From Guillardia theta CCMP2712 (taxonomy: Eukaryota; Protista; Cryptophyta), in NCBI RefSeq assembly GCF_000315625.1, contig NW_005434581.1, positions 90,016-154,015 on the forward strand: 64,000 nucleotides of DNA, read 5' to 3'. Both the position numbers and the translations under genes were made by a program. The first letter of the stretch is position 1; every line of letters begins with the position of its first letter. The notes beneath the pieces were generated by a model. That model was not told where the DNA came from and did no database searches. It saw only the letters and a list, made by a program, of their open reading frames with translations. Of this stretch, positions 21,704 through 34,000 are shown one piece after another.

Positions 21704-22110
21704 ACATCAAGGATAAGAAGGATATCCCGGTACCTCCCTTGCTCCTCCCGCTACACAGCGTCTGCTAGCACCTCTTGCCTCCTCTGCCTCTACTCTCTCA
21801 TGATATGACCTTCCTCCACTGCCCGTCGCACATAAAATCCATCAGGATCCATAAAGGGGCTGCATGGTGTCCGATCAGCGTGTACAAGTCCTGATATGCA
21901 CCTTGGCGCATGGACGCTTCGAAGTCTTTCATCGACATTTCATGCAGAGATCTCCTCCTCATCGCGTCCGCCTTGGCCTGCATCCCGCCTGACGATCTCA
22001 TGTTAGCGTGTCATGAAAACAACGGATTGCACGAGCAGGATTCGTGTGGACACGGAAGACAGCGAGGTAAAAGGACTGATGGCAGATGATTCGAAGTTGG
22101 AGCTTCGTTG
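21704..22110 (-). CDS. Hypothetical small spliced gene
   Basis: Two short GT-AG introns with CTAAC/CTGAT branch sites join an open frame (GMQAKADAMRRR...MRQAPLWILMDFMCDGQWRK). No homology recognised and both ends are uncertain. Confidence 0.25.
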
Positions 22111-22219
22111 ATAGAAAGGCAGCAGGACCACGAGCAGTGAAGCTAACGTTAGCGCGAGTACGAGTAGAGGCAATGGAGCAAGAGTTGAAGCACTGGAACG
22201 GTGGAACACTGGAGCAAGA

Positions 22220-22352
22220 GCAGGGGGCAGGGGGCAGGGAGCAGGGAGCAGGGAGCAGGGAGCAGGGATCAGGGAACAGGGAGCAGGGAGCAGGGAGAGG
22301 GAGAAGGAGCAGGAGCAGGGAGCATGAGCACGAGCACGAGCACGAGCAGGAG
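22220..22352. repeat. (GGAGCAG)n / (GAGCAC)n short tandem repeats
   Basis: Direct observation. Confidence 0.85.
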
Positions 22353-22759
22353 CAAGAAATTGAGCTCTACGTCAACGTCGCGCATCGCATTTTCGGAATC
22401 AACGTCGGGGCAGGGGGTACTGATACAAACTTGGGGGGGGTAGGAGGTGACGAGGGTGAGGGTCACGGTTGGGGTAATTTCAGTAAATGAAGGGGTGGTT
22501 GACTATTGTATTGGGGTAGGGTAGTTTGATATGTCTCAGAGTAGGGTGGGGTGGGTCCGGCCCCATTTGGTGGTCAGGAAAAAAGTGGACTGATCCAACA
22601 TGGCGGTTACGAAAATCGCTGCCGTTAAATGAATCCTGAAATCTTGACATGAATTTGGGAAATTTTAAATATAAAAGCAGATATTTGAAATACATTTGAG
22701 GTACTGAAAACTGCAAGAGAAACAAAAACATCAAACTTGACGTGCTGTCTATTTCCGTC

Positions 22760-23541
22760 ATGTTCGCCACTGTGCGCGAGGTAAGAACAATGGCGATCTT
22801 GCTCCCCGGAACGAGTTGATTGCTCTTCTCCTCCTCCTCCTTCTCCTCCTCCTGTTGGTACTGCTTCTGAGTCTACCGTTACTGCTTCCGCTGCTTCTCT
22901 TTTGCCAGTGCTGCTTCTGCTCCTGCCATTTGTCTTCAGGGCTGCCGAAGATCATAAATTGACTCAGAGTACTTGTTTTGCTCCTCGCCTTCTTTCTCAT
23001 GGTCCAATTTCGTCTACCTTTAGCCTCGGAGGCATCTGCTCCTTTTCCTCCTTTTCCTTGAGATCTGCTCTGTCTCCCGATTTCTGAGCTTTCAATCCCC
23101 TTCCCTTACTTCAAGGCTGCTGCTCTGGCGTGCTCCTCCCTCTTAATCTTGTCGCTTCCACTTGCCCTGCTTCTTAACACAAATCTGCTTCCTGTTCGGT
23201 GAAGGGGCTGCTCTTGCTCCTACCGTCCTTCTGCTTCAAGCAGATCCTCTGTTCTCAGTGACTCCTTGTTCCTCTACCCATTGAGCTGTTTGATTGCAGC
23301 AGTGCGTGAATTTTCTCCTTTGTTGACCTGCCTCAGTCCTTTGTCGTTACCGCATCAAGTTCATTTGGAAAATTACGCTGAGCAGTGTAAACAGGTGCAA
23401 CGTCTCGTCAGTTCCACAACTGGATGCGATCCCAATGGAAACTATCACGACAGCGACATCTTCTTCGGCAACAATGATCCAAACAACAAGATTGCACAGT
23501 ACATCCCTTCGCAAGAGTCCTGTGACTCAAGTGTTGGCTAA
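22760..23541 (+). CDS. Small (~57 aa) peptide gene, three exons including a 6-nt microexon
   Basis: Exons 22760-22780 (GTAAGA donor), 23337-23342 and 23395-23541 give MFATVRE-SF-VQRLVSSTTGCDPNGNYHDSDIFFGNNDPNNKIAQYIPSQESCDSSVG*. An AT-rich promoter with TGACGT lies just upstream. Confidence 0.6.
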
Positions 23542-23729
23542 CCTTTGATTCCAGAGCCGGCGTGAAGGTGGATGACTGGGGAGTGCTGAATGAGATGTTC
23601 GGAGGTCACTTTTCTGACTATCTTCGAAGCTGAGTGTTTTGAGAGTATCTTCCTTGTTTTCAGGTGTAGAGGATGATAGGTGCATCGCTTCCGATTCTTG
23701 AACTTAAGTCTGCACAAGCCCTGCAGCAA

Positions 23730-24160
23730 GTACCACCGTGAGTCCGACAAGCCTGCGCCGCCGCACGGCGTCACGCCGATCTCGAGTCATTAAAAAGTCC
23801 AACTTGACTCATCATGCCATCGACTGCAGAGTGACGGCCACCCATTCATACTGAGTACTGTGGCCGCCAGTGAGCCTTTGTCCGGAGTCCCGGTGGCACA
23901 GCGGCGGCCCTTGTCCAGCTCAGTGCCCGACCGTCGCCGGCGCGGCGTCGACTGGTCCGACCGTCTCGGATATCGGTTTACTCAAAGTTAAGTTAAGATC
24001 TCGGCCCCTCGGCGGATCATCGGACTCGGGACTCGATCGGCATATGAGTCTCGAGCCTAGTACTACTGACCCGGCGGGTCCGGCACGGCGGCGCAGCATG
24101 GCACTCGGCGCTGACTCGGCGGCGGGCTGGTATGGAAGGGGATGAGGCTCCCGGTCTCGG
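23730..24160. promoter_or_regulatory. CCGG/GAGTC-rich intergenic island
   Basis: Dense ccgg, gactc/gagtc, agtac and aagtt motifs between the peptide gene and the aquaporin. Confidence 0.45.
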
Positions 24161-24459
24161 AAAGATGCGGCGCTCCGCATGGGATGGGATGTGGTGGCGG
24201 GAAGTGCAGGAAGGCCAAGAAGAGAAGAGGGAGAAGAGAGGGAGAGAGACAGAGAGGAGGGGAGGGTAGGAAGGAGGGTAGGAAGAGAGACAGATAGACA
24301 GAGAGATGGCGAGCAAGGAAGACAAGAAGGAGGGGGGGGGGGGGGGCATTGACGAAGGGAGGGTTGGATCGAGGCACACAACGATAATGTGAAGCTTGTG
24401 GCTTACAAGTGTCGGGCATGTTTGACTCCAGCGATGAAAGCTCGTCTGATAATGCTCAG

Positions 24460-25897
24460 ATGTGGAGAAGCTGTGCTCTTGTCCTGCTCCTGCCCTGCCT
24501 CTCAACAGCTCTGGTAACTCGTTCCCTATCATACCTTCGCTCCTTGACATGGATGCAGATCCCACTCCCTTCGCTCTCAGTACGAGTCGATCGGGTTGCT
24601 CGGGCAGACTCTGGCAGCTTTACTACTTCGCATGCTCTGCATCGATTCTCGAATCGGTACAAGTTCGAAGGTGCAGCATGGCCAGTGAGAGCGAGGAGGA
24701 GATTTGATTGCATTGCAGACAAGGAGTCTATCCGAGCTTTGCGGGGTGGTTCATCCTATGCGCAAGATTTCTCTCCTCAGGTGCAAACTAGGACTCGAAT
24801 CCTCTGCGTGACAAGGCTTTACAGCTTCCCAAAGCGCTGATGGCTGAGATGCTCGGCACCTGGATGATCGTCTTCTTGGGGACGGCTGCTGTCGCTACAG
24901 CCAACTTTGCGGTCGCTTGTGCGAGATAGTTGGTGAGGTCGCTGAAGCTGCTCCAGAAAGCTGAGATCGCTGGCCTGCTCGGCATCGCATGCTGCTGGGG
25001 GATCGCGGTGGCGGGAGCCGTGTCAGCATTCGCCAAAGTCTCAGGGTCGCACTTTAATCCAGCCATCTCCATCGCCCTCGCGTGGTACAAGGGAAAGTTC
25101 GGCACCCCTCTCACCATCCGCAGTCGGTATCATCTCCACCCCTCCCCTGACCCCCCTCTTTACTGCCTCCCTCCCCTGGACACCTCTCACCCTCGTCGCC
25201 GCCAATCAGGACATGGCTGCCTCTCTACATCCTCGCCCAGCTTGTCGGAGCTCTCTGCGCGTCGGGCTGTGTAGCTCTTCTGTACAAGGTAGGGGGACGT
25301 GAAGTTGGAGCGTCCTAAGTTTCTCCAGAGCTCGTTTGCAGCTCTTCCTCTCAGTGCAGCCCCGGCTGCGATGGGGTGTTACCCTTCCAGAGCCTTTGGA
25401 TCTGCCGAGTGAGGGTGCGATGACAGCCTTGCTCGTCGTGACCAGCTCTCCTTCAGGACTTTTGCAGCTGAACTGCTCGGCACTGGCCTTCTCGCGTTCG
25501 GGGCAATCTCACTTCAGTCAGCATGGTGCTCCAGTCGTTGTGTTTGAACTCCCGTTGACTTGAACATCCTCAGGCAACTGGGAGCTTGGCTCGCCACCTT
25601 GATCGTCGTCTTCGCTCCTATCAGGTTCGAGGCCCCTCGCCCGACTCTCGGACCCTTCTTGACCTCTCTCCAGCGGCGCAAGTTTCAATCCTGCAAGAGA
25701 GCTTGGCCCTCGTATTGTGTCCATGCTCATGGGTTTCGACGCGAGCAAGGTCTGGATGATGGCTGCGAGTTTGACTGAGACCTGAATGCGAGCTCATCCA
25801 CCAGGTTCTCACACCTTTCCTTCCCGTCTACATCCTGGGGCCCATTTTGGGCGCTGTCATCGGCGTGTGGGTCGCAAGTTCTGTAGCTAAGAATTAG
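24460..25897 (+). CDS. Major intrinsic protein (aquaporin/aquaglyceroporin-like) with an N-terminal presequence; multi-exon
   Basis: Motifs AEMLGTWMIVFLG, VSGSHFNPAISIA, YILAQLVGA, SGASFNPARELGPRI and VYILGPILGAVIG; stop TAG at 25895-25897. N-terminus is MWRSCALVLLLPCLSTA...LRGG. Confidence 0.9.
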
Positions 25898-25939
25898 AAC
25901 CTCCGCCGCCCTTGTCAAGAAGTTCGGAAGTTCCATCGG

Positions 25940-26580
25940 CTCACCGTCAGTCTCAAGGTCGTGGCATAAAACTTAAATCAACTTTCATCAGCAGTGACAC
26001 TGAGTCACGTCACGTGTGACTCGCTGTGACCATTGGCCGAACTTTGAACTCGGAGTTCTACCCGGCCCTGAATCCAATCCGATCGAGTACCGGCCGTGAG
26101 TGCTGGTGCCACGTTGACTCCGACTCGACTCGCGGTGACGGAGGCTCTGCACGGTCAAGTGTCACGGATGCCGCAGTGCCGTGCCCCGCTCGGAGTGCGC
26201 AGGCCCCGGGCGGCCCGCCGCGGGTCCCGGCGCCGGCCCGCAGTCACTGAGTCACGGGGCCCCATTGCCTTTGAAGTGGTGGCGGCGGCCCGGGGCCCCG
26301 CGGGCCGACCATAGCGTTGTCGAGTCACTGAGTCAGACCGTCCCGGGCCACCGGGGCCCGCCGCCCCGGCGGAGCCGCTGAGGGCCGCCGGGTTGGTCGC
26401 CGCCGGACTCAGTTCACTGCTTCACAGTCATGACTTTGAATTGAATTTTTCGGAGTTCCGAGCGCGGGGGTCGCCAGTTCAGAGTCGGGCCCTGGCCGAC
26501 CGTTTGGCAGGCCCGGGCCGGGCTCCAGTCAGTGATGGCCGTACGCCACGTCACCTTCCGAGGCGGACTACTTCTTAAAA
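25940..26580. promoter_or_regulatory. CCGG/TGAGTCA-rich intergenic island
   Basis: Very GC-rich, with repeated tgagtca, gtcac and ccgg, between the aquaporin and the SES1-like gene. Confidence 0.5.
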
Positions 26581-27091
26581 TATAGTTGGTCCTCTATAGT
26601 ACAAGTATTATAATATATTGGTTTTACTAGGTACAGATTAAAACTCCATCCACCCCTCCTTCGGTAGAATTCCACGATACTCAAGTATCTAAAATCTTTT
26701 ATAAAGCTACCAAGGAGTTTTACATTTTAAAACTGTCTCCACCTGCCCACCCGATGCGTGCAAGTCCTCCTCGACCCCCTCCCTCTCTCCCCCTTCTACT
26801 CTCTGTCTCTCCCCTCCTCTTTCCTTCGCTCCTTCCCCCCAACATACGGGAGATCTGGTCACAGTTTCCCCTGCCTCGCTCTGATGCTTTGTTCTCAGCA
26901 TTCTGCTCTCCTCCGCGCTCTTCCCAACATCAATGGTTCTTTCCTCCCCTGCGTTTGATCGCCACTCCCCTCCTCACATGAAAACAATCAGCAAGATCAC
27001 TTCTATGAGATCTCCCTCACCATATTCTGCTTCACACGCTGGCCTGCACAGTGACAATGGGGTCTACCAGGTGGCTACCAACATTCTTGTC

Positions 27092-29293
27092 ATGCGCGGG
27101 AAACATCTGCTCGTTCTCTCACTCGTGGCCCTCGTCCTCTTCTTTCCGAGTGTCAACTGTAAGTCCCGTGGCGTGTGAACGTCCGTTGAGCAGTCATATC
27201 AGGCAAGAAGAAGGAGAAGAAGGCCAAGGCTGCCGTGAGCTTGAGTCCGGCGAAGCTTTCCAAGTGAGACGGTTCCTGTGAGGAGGAGGGGAGGGTGAGG
27301 TGGTCGTGTCGTCAGATACATCAAATGCGATGGGTGCAAGATCATGGCAGACAACCTGTACAGACACGCTATGGATCTGCTCAAGGTCATGAAGGAGCGA
27401 GGTCGCAAGTAGCTTCCGCTCACAGTGGTTGCAGGAGAAGGGAGGCCGGGAGAAGATGGGAGAGGAGCCGATCCTGGAACTGCTGGAACAGATCTGCGAT
27501 CAGGTCTGTTGTCGACGAGGGACGGAAGAGGGAAGGAGCAAAGGAGGGAGGGCGAGGGAGAGAGGGTAGGGAATGGGGAAAGGGAGGGAGCAGAGGAGCG
27601 AGGGAGGGGAGAATTTAAACTTCTGGCTTATATTCACTCGTGGCAGGGGGAGGCGAAGGGCGAGTGGCTCAACGCTTACGATGTGGTTAGTCTCTCACTG
27701 CTTGCGTGCGGCCTCTTCTGATGCTGGTGGGGGGCAGGTTGGGAAGAAAGGAAAGATCTCTCTGCAGAAGCAGGACGGTTTCCAGTCCTGCGGCCCTGAG
27801 TGCCATGCGCTTGTGTCGGTCTGCGAGCAGGTAAAGGAGAGGAGGCAGCTGGCAGGATCATGGATGATTGAAGGAGAGGACGAGAAGAGGAGGGGAGGAG
27901 GAAGAGGGTGTATGGCTCATACAGGTGAAGGTGAGAAGCGAAGCGGGAGAGTCGGACATCGCGGAGAAGATCTACCGAGGACATCACATCGCGTCCGCTG
28001 AAGCTTTCTCGGAGGTGAGCATCAGCTGATGGTGCGTGAGGTGACCAGCTGGTGTAGGCGATCTGTAAGAAGATGACCACGTCCTGCAAGGAGCCGCTGC
28101 CGAAGCTCAAGGTAGAGATAACGGGGAGAGACCGAGGGAGACTGAGTGAGAAGAGAGGGAGCAAGCAAGGATAAGCAGAGATAGGTAGACGAAGGCGAGG
28201 CGAGGCGAGGCGAGGTGAGGCGAGGAGGGCAGGAAGGCGAGGACAAGGGAAAAGGGCGAGCGAGCAGGTTGAGATCGGCCAGTGGGTGATCATGACGAGT
28301 ATGAGGTAGGATCCGCGAATCGACGAGCCTTTCAATGCCATCGACTCCAAGAAGGTGAGGGAGGGAGCGGGTGCGTCTGTCCCATGGGTTGACCTCCTTG
28401 CAGTGGGAGGCGATGAAGATGCAGAAGATGATGAAGGTGAGGGAGGAGGAGGCAGAGTCTGAGCTCCTTCGTTCCTTACCTTGTCTCCTCACAGGGAATG
28501 GGCATGAAGGGAACCATGTACGACCGGGACTCACTCAAGGTCTGAGGAGGCGGAGCGTCCGACAGAGTTGCTGATCAGCAGCGGGCAGGACATGATGGAG
28601 GAGAATGGGATGGACATGCCTCCTCCTAAAGGTGAAACTGCCGCAACTGTCCACTGATTGGCCCCGCATGATCCCATGCGGCAGAAGCTGACGACGAGGA
28701 AGAGGATGAGGAGGAGGACGAGCAGCCCAAGAAAGAGAAGAAGAAGGCTCCAAAGAAGCAGCCGAACGGGTAATGGAGGAAGGGATTGGAAACTTTGACG
28801 TACCTGACTATCCTGGCAGAGTTGTCGAGCAGGTGTTGGACGGCGTCTACACCGTCCTTGACACCATGTCGGAGGTGGCATCCTCCTCCCCCTTCCCTCG
28901 CCATGCCCTGCCCTCCACCACCACACCACCACAACCTCCACCCCCTCCTGCTCTACGTTCCTCCTCCTCCTTGGACCCTCCATCCTTCACGCACTCTCTC
29001 GGCTTATGGCTTGTATGTATTGCTTGCACTTACTGTTCTACCTGCAGTGGGCTGACACCCTAACGGGCTACGCCATCGACTCCGTGAAGCAGGTGAGGGC
29101 GAGGCGAGAGGACGGAATACAGGAAGGCGCAGACAGACAGTGGAAGAGGGGGGATGGGAGGAGGTGGCGGCGGCGGTGGTTGTGGACGAGGAGGAGGAGG
29201 TAGTAGCATGTAATGAGACTTTCCTCTCAGGTGATGGGCGTTTCTTCATCACCGGACAAGCACGACATGGACATGGAGGATGCTGAGCTGTAA
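27092..29293 (+). CDS. ER-lumen saposin-like protein (plant SES1/Canopy-like); multi-exon
   Basis: Signal peptide MRGKHLLVLSLVALVLFFPSVNC. Conserved blocks YIKCDGCK, LEQICDQ|GEAKGEWLNAYDV, SCGPECHALVSVCEQ, ESDIAEKIY, ICKKMTTSCKEPLP, DEPF and MYDRDSL. An acidic tract and the C-terminal DAEL* resemble an ER-retention signal. Confidence 0.75.
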
Positions 29294-29659
29294 CCCCATG
29301 AATGATTTTGGTCTCCTTCGTGCCTTCTCCCGCCTCCTCCAACCCTTAGCTCGCATCAACCACCAATTGCTCCTCTTCCCTGCGCATTCCCAAGCTATCC
29401 CAGCCCCGACTGACCTTCATTTGAATTCCCCATCCTCCGTCCGCCGTTGTTCTCGACTTGCGAATCGTCACTCCTTTCTATTCGTTGAACGGGAAGGCGA
29501 GCAGTAGGGGTCGTCGTCGTTATCGTTGTCTTCATCTCCCTCTCCTCATCTTGCCTGTCATGTTAGTCGTTCCTCTCATATCATGCTCTACCTTCAGACC
29601 TCTTCATATACTTCGGTCGAGTCTCCCGTCCTCCGCCCCCCAAACTCCATCGTCAGTTT

Positions 29660-30240
29660 TGTCCCCCGAAGGAATGACCACCCCTACTTTAATGGTTCAA
29701 TATACCGGTAGTGGAATGCTTCCTACTTTACTCGGTTTCCGGACTACCCCCTACGCCTCCCTACGCTACTACCCCTTGAAAAGGTGTACAAGGGTGATTT
29801 TTATTTTTTTTTATTAGTTGGGGCACCAGAGGGGTGGGTGGGTCAAGGGGTACTGACAGTTGTGGTGGGGGGTGAGGAAATGGAAGAACTCGTAGGAGGG
29901 GGTGGGGAGGGATAGTCACGTCAAGGCTAGGCTTCAGACCGGGTACATTTTCCCTGAAAAATGGATACAAACCAGGGGTAGTACAAAATGCCTGGAATAG
30001 GGTAGGGTCATGTTTGCCTTGCGGGTGGTTTTTATCTACTAAAGACCCTTGTGTCTGGAGTCACCTCATAGGTGCAAAAAAATCCAGGGGGTAGGGGGTA
30101 GAACCCTACCCCTGAATTGCCATTAAAATTATCTTCTAGTGTGGGGTGATTTTCGTTTGAGTAAAGGGGTAGGCGGATGAATTTACTAGGTAGGGTTGCC
30201 ACGAGTGAGTGGGTGGGGGGTAGGGTGGGGGTTGCATTGC
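29660..30240. promoter_or_regulatory. TACCCC-to-GGGGTA polarity-switch intergenic tract with a G4 motif (30211-30231)
   Basis: C-rich motifs up to ~29780 and G-rich motifs afterwards; small hairpin aggggtaggg...ccctacccct near 30086-30114. Confidence 0.4.
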
Positions 30241-31085
30241 AAGGACATGGGAGGAAGCGAGGAAATGGAACAGGACAGGTCGGATGGGAGACGAGGACGA
30301 GGACGAGGATAAAGAGGAGGAAGCGGACGATGAAGAGCGGAGAAGAGGAAGGGAGAAGAGCGAAGAAAGAGCGAGAAGAGGAGAGGGAACGAGAAACTTG
30401 AGAGAATTAGGTTGGTGAAGCAGAGGAAGGGGAAAGTGAAAAAAACAGGAGAGAGCGCGAGGGAACGGAAGATAAGGATGATAGGAGGATACTTCACGTT
30501 GGAGGATGAAGAGGATAATGAGGACGAGGGAATGGAATCGCCGAGCACAGTAGATGCAGCGGGAGGATCCGACGAAAGGCAGGGGACGATTGCATCTACT
30601 GATCTGCTCAAAGGATCGGGATGAGGTAGGATGAGGAACGATGAATGGAAGCCGATGCTCAAAGCACACGATTGGTTGCTCGTTAGTTTCATGACGGACA
30701 AATGCATGCTATGCGACGCCTTCACCGAGTTTGAACTCCATCTCAACCTGTAGAATGATTGTGTAGCATAGTACAGCCAGGGACAGGGAAGGCAAAGAAA
30801 TTCGTCTCGTCTGACCCACTCCAATCCGCTCTATATGATTATCTTGACTGATATTTGTGGGCAAGGTGGAAAGGGCAACAATTCGATTCGAATAGACGAG
30901 GAGGGAGGAGGGCAAATGTCGGAGAAGGAAGGGAAGACATGACAGGAGTATGCCAGTGGATACAAGAAGAATGCTTGAATTCGCTGCTTGACTTGGTTGC
31001 GGGAAGTCGGCGACAAAGAATCTGATGATGGAGCTGGTGAGGATCCTCTCTTCCACAAGATAGATGTCAAGTGAGCTTGCTTCAG

Positions 31086-34000
31086 GTGCGAGATGCTATT
31101 CGCCGCCTGCGATTGGGCTTCCTCCAGACCCTCTTCATCAAGGTGACTTCGATTGCTCCCCCTTGCTCCTGCAGGCTTGTGAGCTCTTGCATGCAGTGGT
31201 TCGGTCTGGTAAGCTACTCGGGGGATGAGAACGGGAAGGAGGTGGGGAATTCGCCGGAAGAACCAACGGAGAACTCAATTCTCAAGGAGAATTTGGCTGT
31301 AAGTTTGTTTGAGAGGAAGCTTGCGATGCATGCTAAATGGCTGTTTCAGGATCTGCGAGCTGAGAATGCAAAGCTCAAACTCAAGGTGGACAAACTCGCG
31401 AGGATCGTGACGATGAGGAGGATGAGCGAGAACGATTCGCAAACTGTCAATCAGGATCAGCTTCTGGCCCTCGCCAGGAACGCCATGGTAGGACAAGCTT
31501 GCTATGGCTGAGACGTGCGCTGAGAGTCGAGCAGGCGCGGGAGCGGGAGGATGCGACTCTGCACAAGCTTGTCGATACGATCGTTCAGTCAGCGTATCAT
31601 CTCCTCATGGTCTGCTGCTTGACTGGTAGCCGCGGAGGATAACAGCTCTGCAGGCCCAGCGGATCTCTGTGTTTGTACAGGATGACGTGAACCAGGTGAG
31701 ACCGAGGCGATAGTTCACCCCCTGACCAGCTGCAGGAGCTCTGGCTGGCTGCCTCCGATGATGCGGTCGGGCTGCGGATCCCCAACAACAAGGGCGTGGC
31801 TGGCATGGTGAGCTTGTCCAGCCCTCGTCCGCACCTGATGAGTTCCCCTCAGGTCGCACGGACGATGCAACCCATCAACATCCCCGACTGCCAGGTGCAG
31901 CTCCTGCTGCGCTCCTCTCCTCCCTCCTCACGATCCGTCCAGCAATCTTCGCTCTTCGACCCTGCAGCTGACCAGATGACCGGGTAAGCCTCGTCCTCCT
32001 TCAAATCGCGCCGGTGACTTGGGAGGATTCGCTCCAGGTTTGTGACGAAGACGATGATCTGTGTTCCCATCACGTGGAACGGGTATTACCTCATCGGAGT
32101 TTTCCAAGCTTTGAACAAGCAAGACAATGTGAGGAGGAGGGGAAACAGGCAGAGGGCCAGGGAAGGCGAGGGAGGCAGAACGAGGGATGGGGGGCTGGGA
32201 GGGCCAGGGAGAGGACAGGAGGGCGTACAAGCTGGACTGGCAGCACTGAGAGTAGGCGAGCAGGAGGGAAACATTATCCCGTTCACCGAGTACGACATGG
32301 ATATGCTGAACATCCTCTCGAAGGTCGCTGCAACTCGCTCCTACCTCCTCCGGTGACATCCAGGTGGGCAGGAGCTGGCGGGTGGGCTGAGGAGGAAGGC
32401 AGTGGAGTTCACATTCGATCGTGTGCTGGGTGAGGCTCGTGGAGATGAGGAGGCGAGCGATCATCGCTGAGCAGGACGAGCGGCATCCTCCCTGTCGGAG
32501 GAAGACAAACGCCAGGCCTCCTTCTTGCAGAGTTTCTACCAGTCTCCTTCCCGTGTGTGAGTGACGTGGTGGTGGTGGAGGAGGAGGAGGAGGAGGAGAA
32601 GTGAGGACCCTGACTGGGCGCAGGGACATGCGCCGGGGATCCTCTACAGAGACGGAGAAGGTCAAGGAAAGCATCACGAGTAAGGCCGAGCATACATTCG
32701 ACCTCCACATCTCCTTTCCCTCCTCCTCCTCCTCCTCTCCCCCCCCCTCCTCCTCTCAGACAAGGAACGGGAAGAGGACGAGCAACACGCCAGAACCCCA
32801 GGATGGAACCGCTTCTCGCCGATGAGCAGGAGGCNNNNNNNNNNNNNNNNNNNNNNNNNNNNNNNNNNNNNNNNNNNNNNNNNNNNNNNNNNNNNNNNNN
32901 NNNNNNNNNNNNNNNNNNNNNNNNNNNNNNNNNNAAGTATGACCATTAAACTAGGTGCCATGGAGGGGGCAGACAGCCCCCCGGGCAGCCTAATAATCCA
33001 GATCGGGTCCGGTGCGCAAAATATTATGTCCCTCCTCCCTCCTCCCTCCTCCCCCCCCCCTCCCCCCCTTGCCTTCTTCCGCTCCCTTGCCCCTCCTCTG
33101 CGTGCTCGTCATGCTGTCCTTGCCTCGGGACAGCTCTCCTCTCTTGCCTCGTCTTGCATGAGTCTCGCCTGCAGAAAACCGTCGCAGATCAACCGTCTTC
33201 TGCGTGCCTGAGGGCTTTCAGGTGAAGCCCCTGACGCGTTGGTCGAGCATGTGAGAACGCCTGCAGTTGACGCAGACAGGAGCGTTGGCGTCGGAGCTCT
33301 CATGGGTGAGTTGGAGATGGAAGAGAGGGATGATAAGCAAGAGAGTCAGAGAGCAACAGTGGGAAGGACTGGACGGGAGGGGCAGGGGCAAGAACAGGAG
33401 TAGGATGAAGGGGGCGAGAGAGGCTGAGAGGGGAATGGATTGTTTGGTCTTATCATGGGAGCAGGACTTCAACGTTTGGGACAGGACCGAGGACCAGCTC
33501 GTCGTCTATGCGGTGGACATCTACAAGGTCTTACGAAGTTTCTCAGCTGCGCTCTCCTCCTCCCGTTCTCCATCTGCTTCCCTCCTCCCCGTCGTCCTCC
33601 AACTCAGCTCACCCACGTCCCCAGTCTTCGGGTCTTTCCGATCACTTCAACATCAAGGACGACGTGCTTCTCCATTTCATCCTCGATGTGAAAAGGTGAA
33701 GCTAATCTCTCAAGTAGACTCTCCTCTCGCTCCCTCCTCCTCCCCCCCCCTTTCCCTCATTTCCACTCGATCCTCCCCCCCCCTCCTTCCCAAGTTCCAT
33801 CCTGTGCCTTCTGATCCTCTTCCTACAGACAGTACAATCACTGCCCGTTCCACAACTTCCGACATGCATTCGCGGTCATGCAGGTATGCCGCCTGCTCCC
33901 GTCCTTCCTCCTTCCACCTGCTTCTCCTATTCATACGTTTCTCTCGATTCAATGGCAGACGCTCTACGTTGTGTTGCGGGACACAGCAGTGACAGACTAC

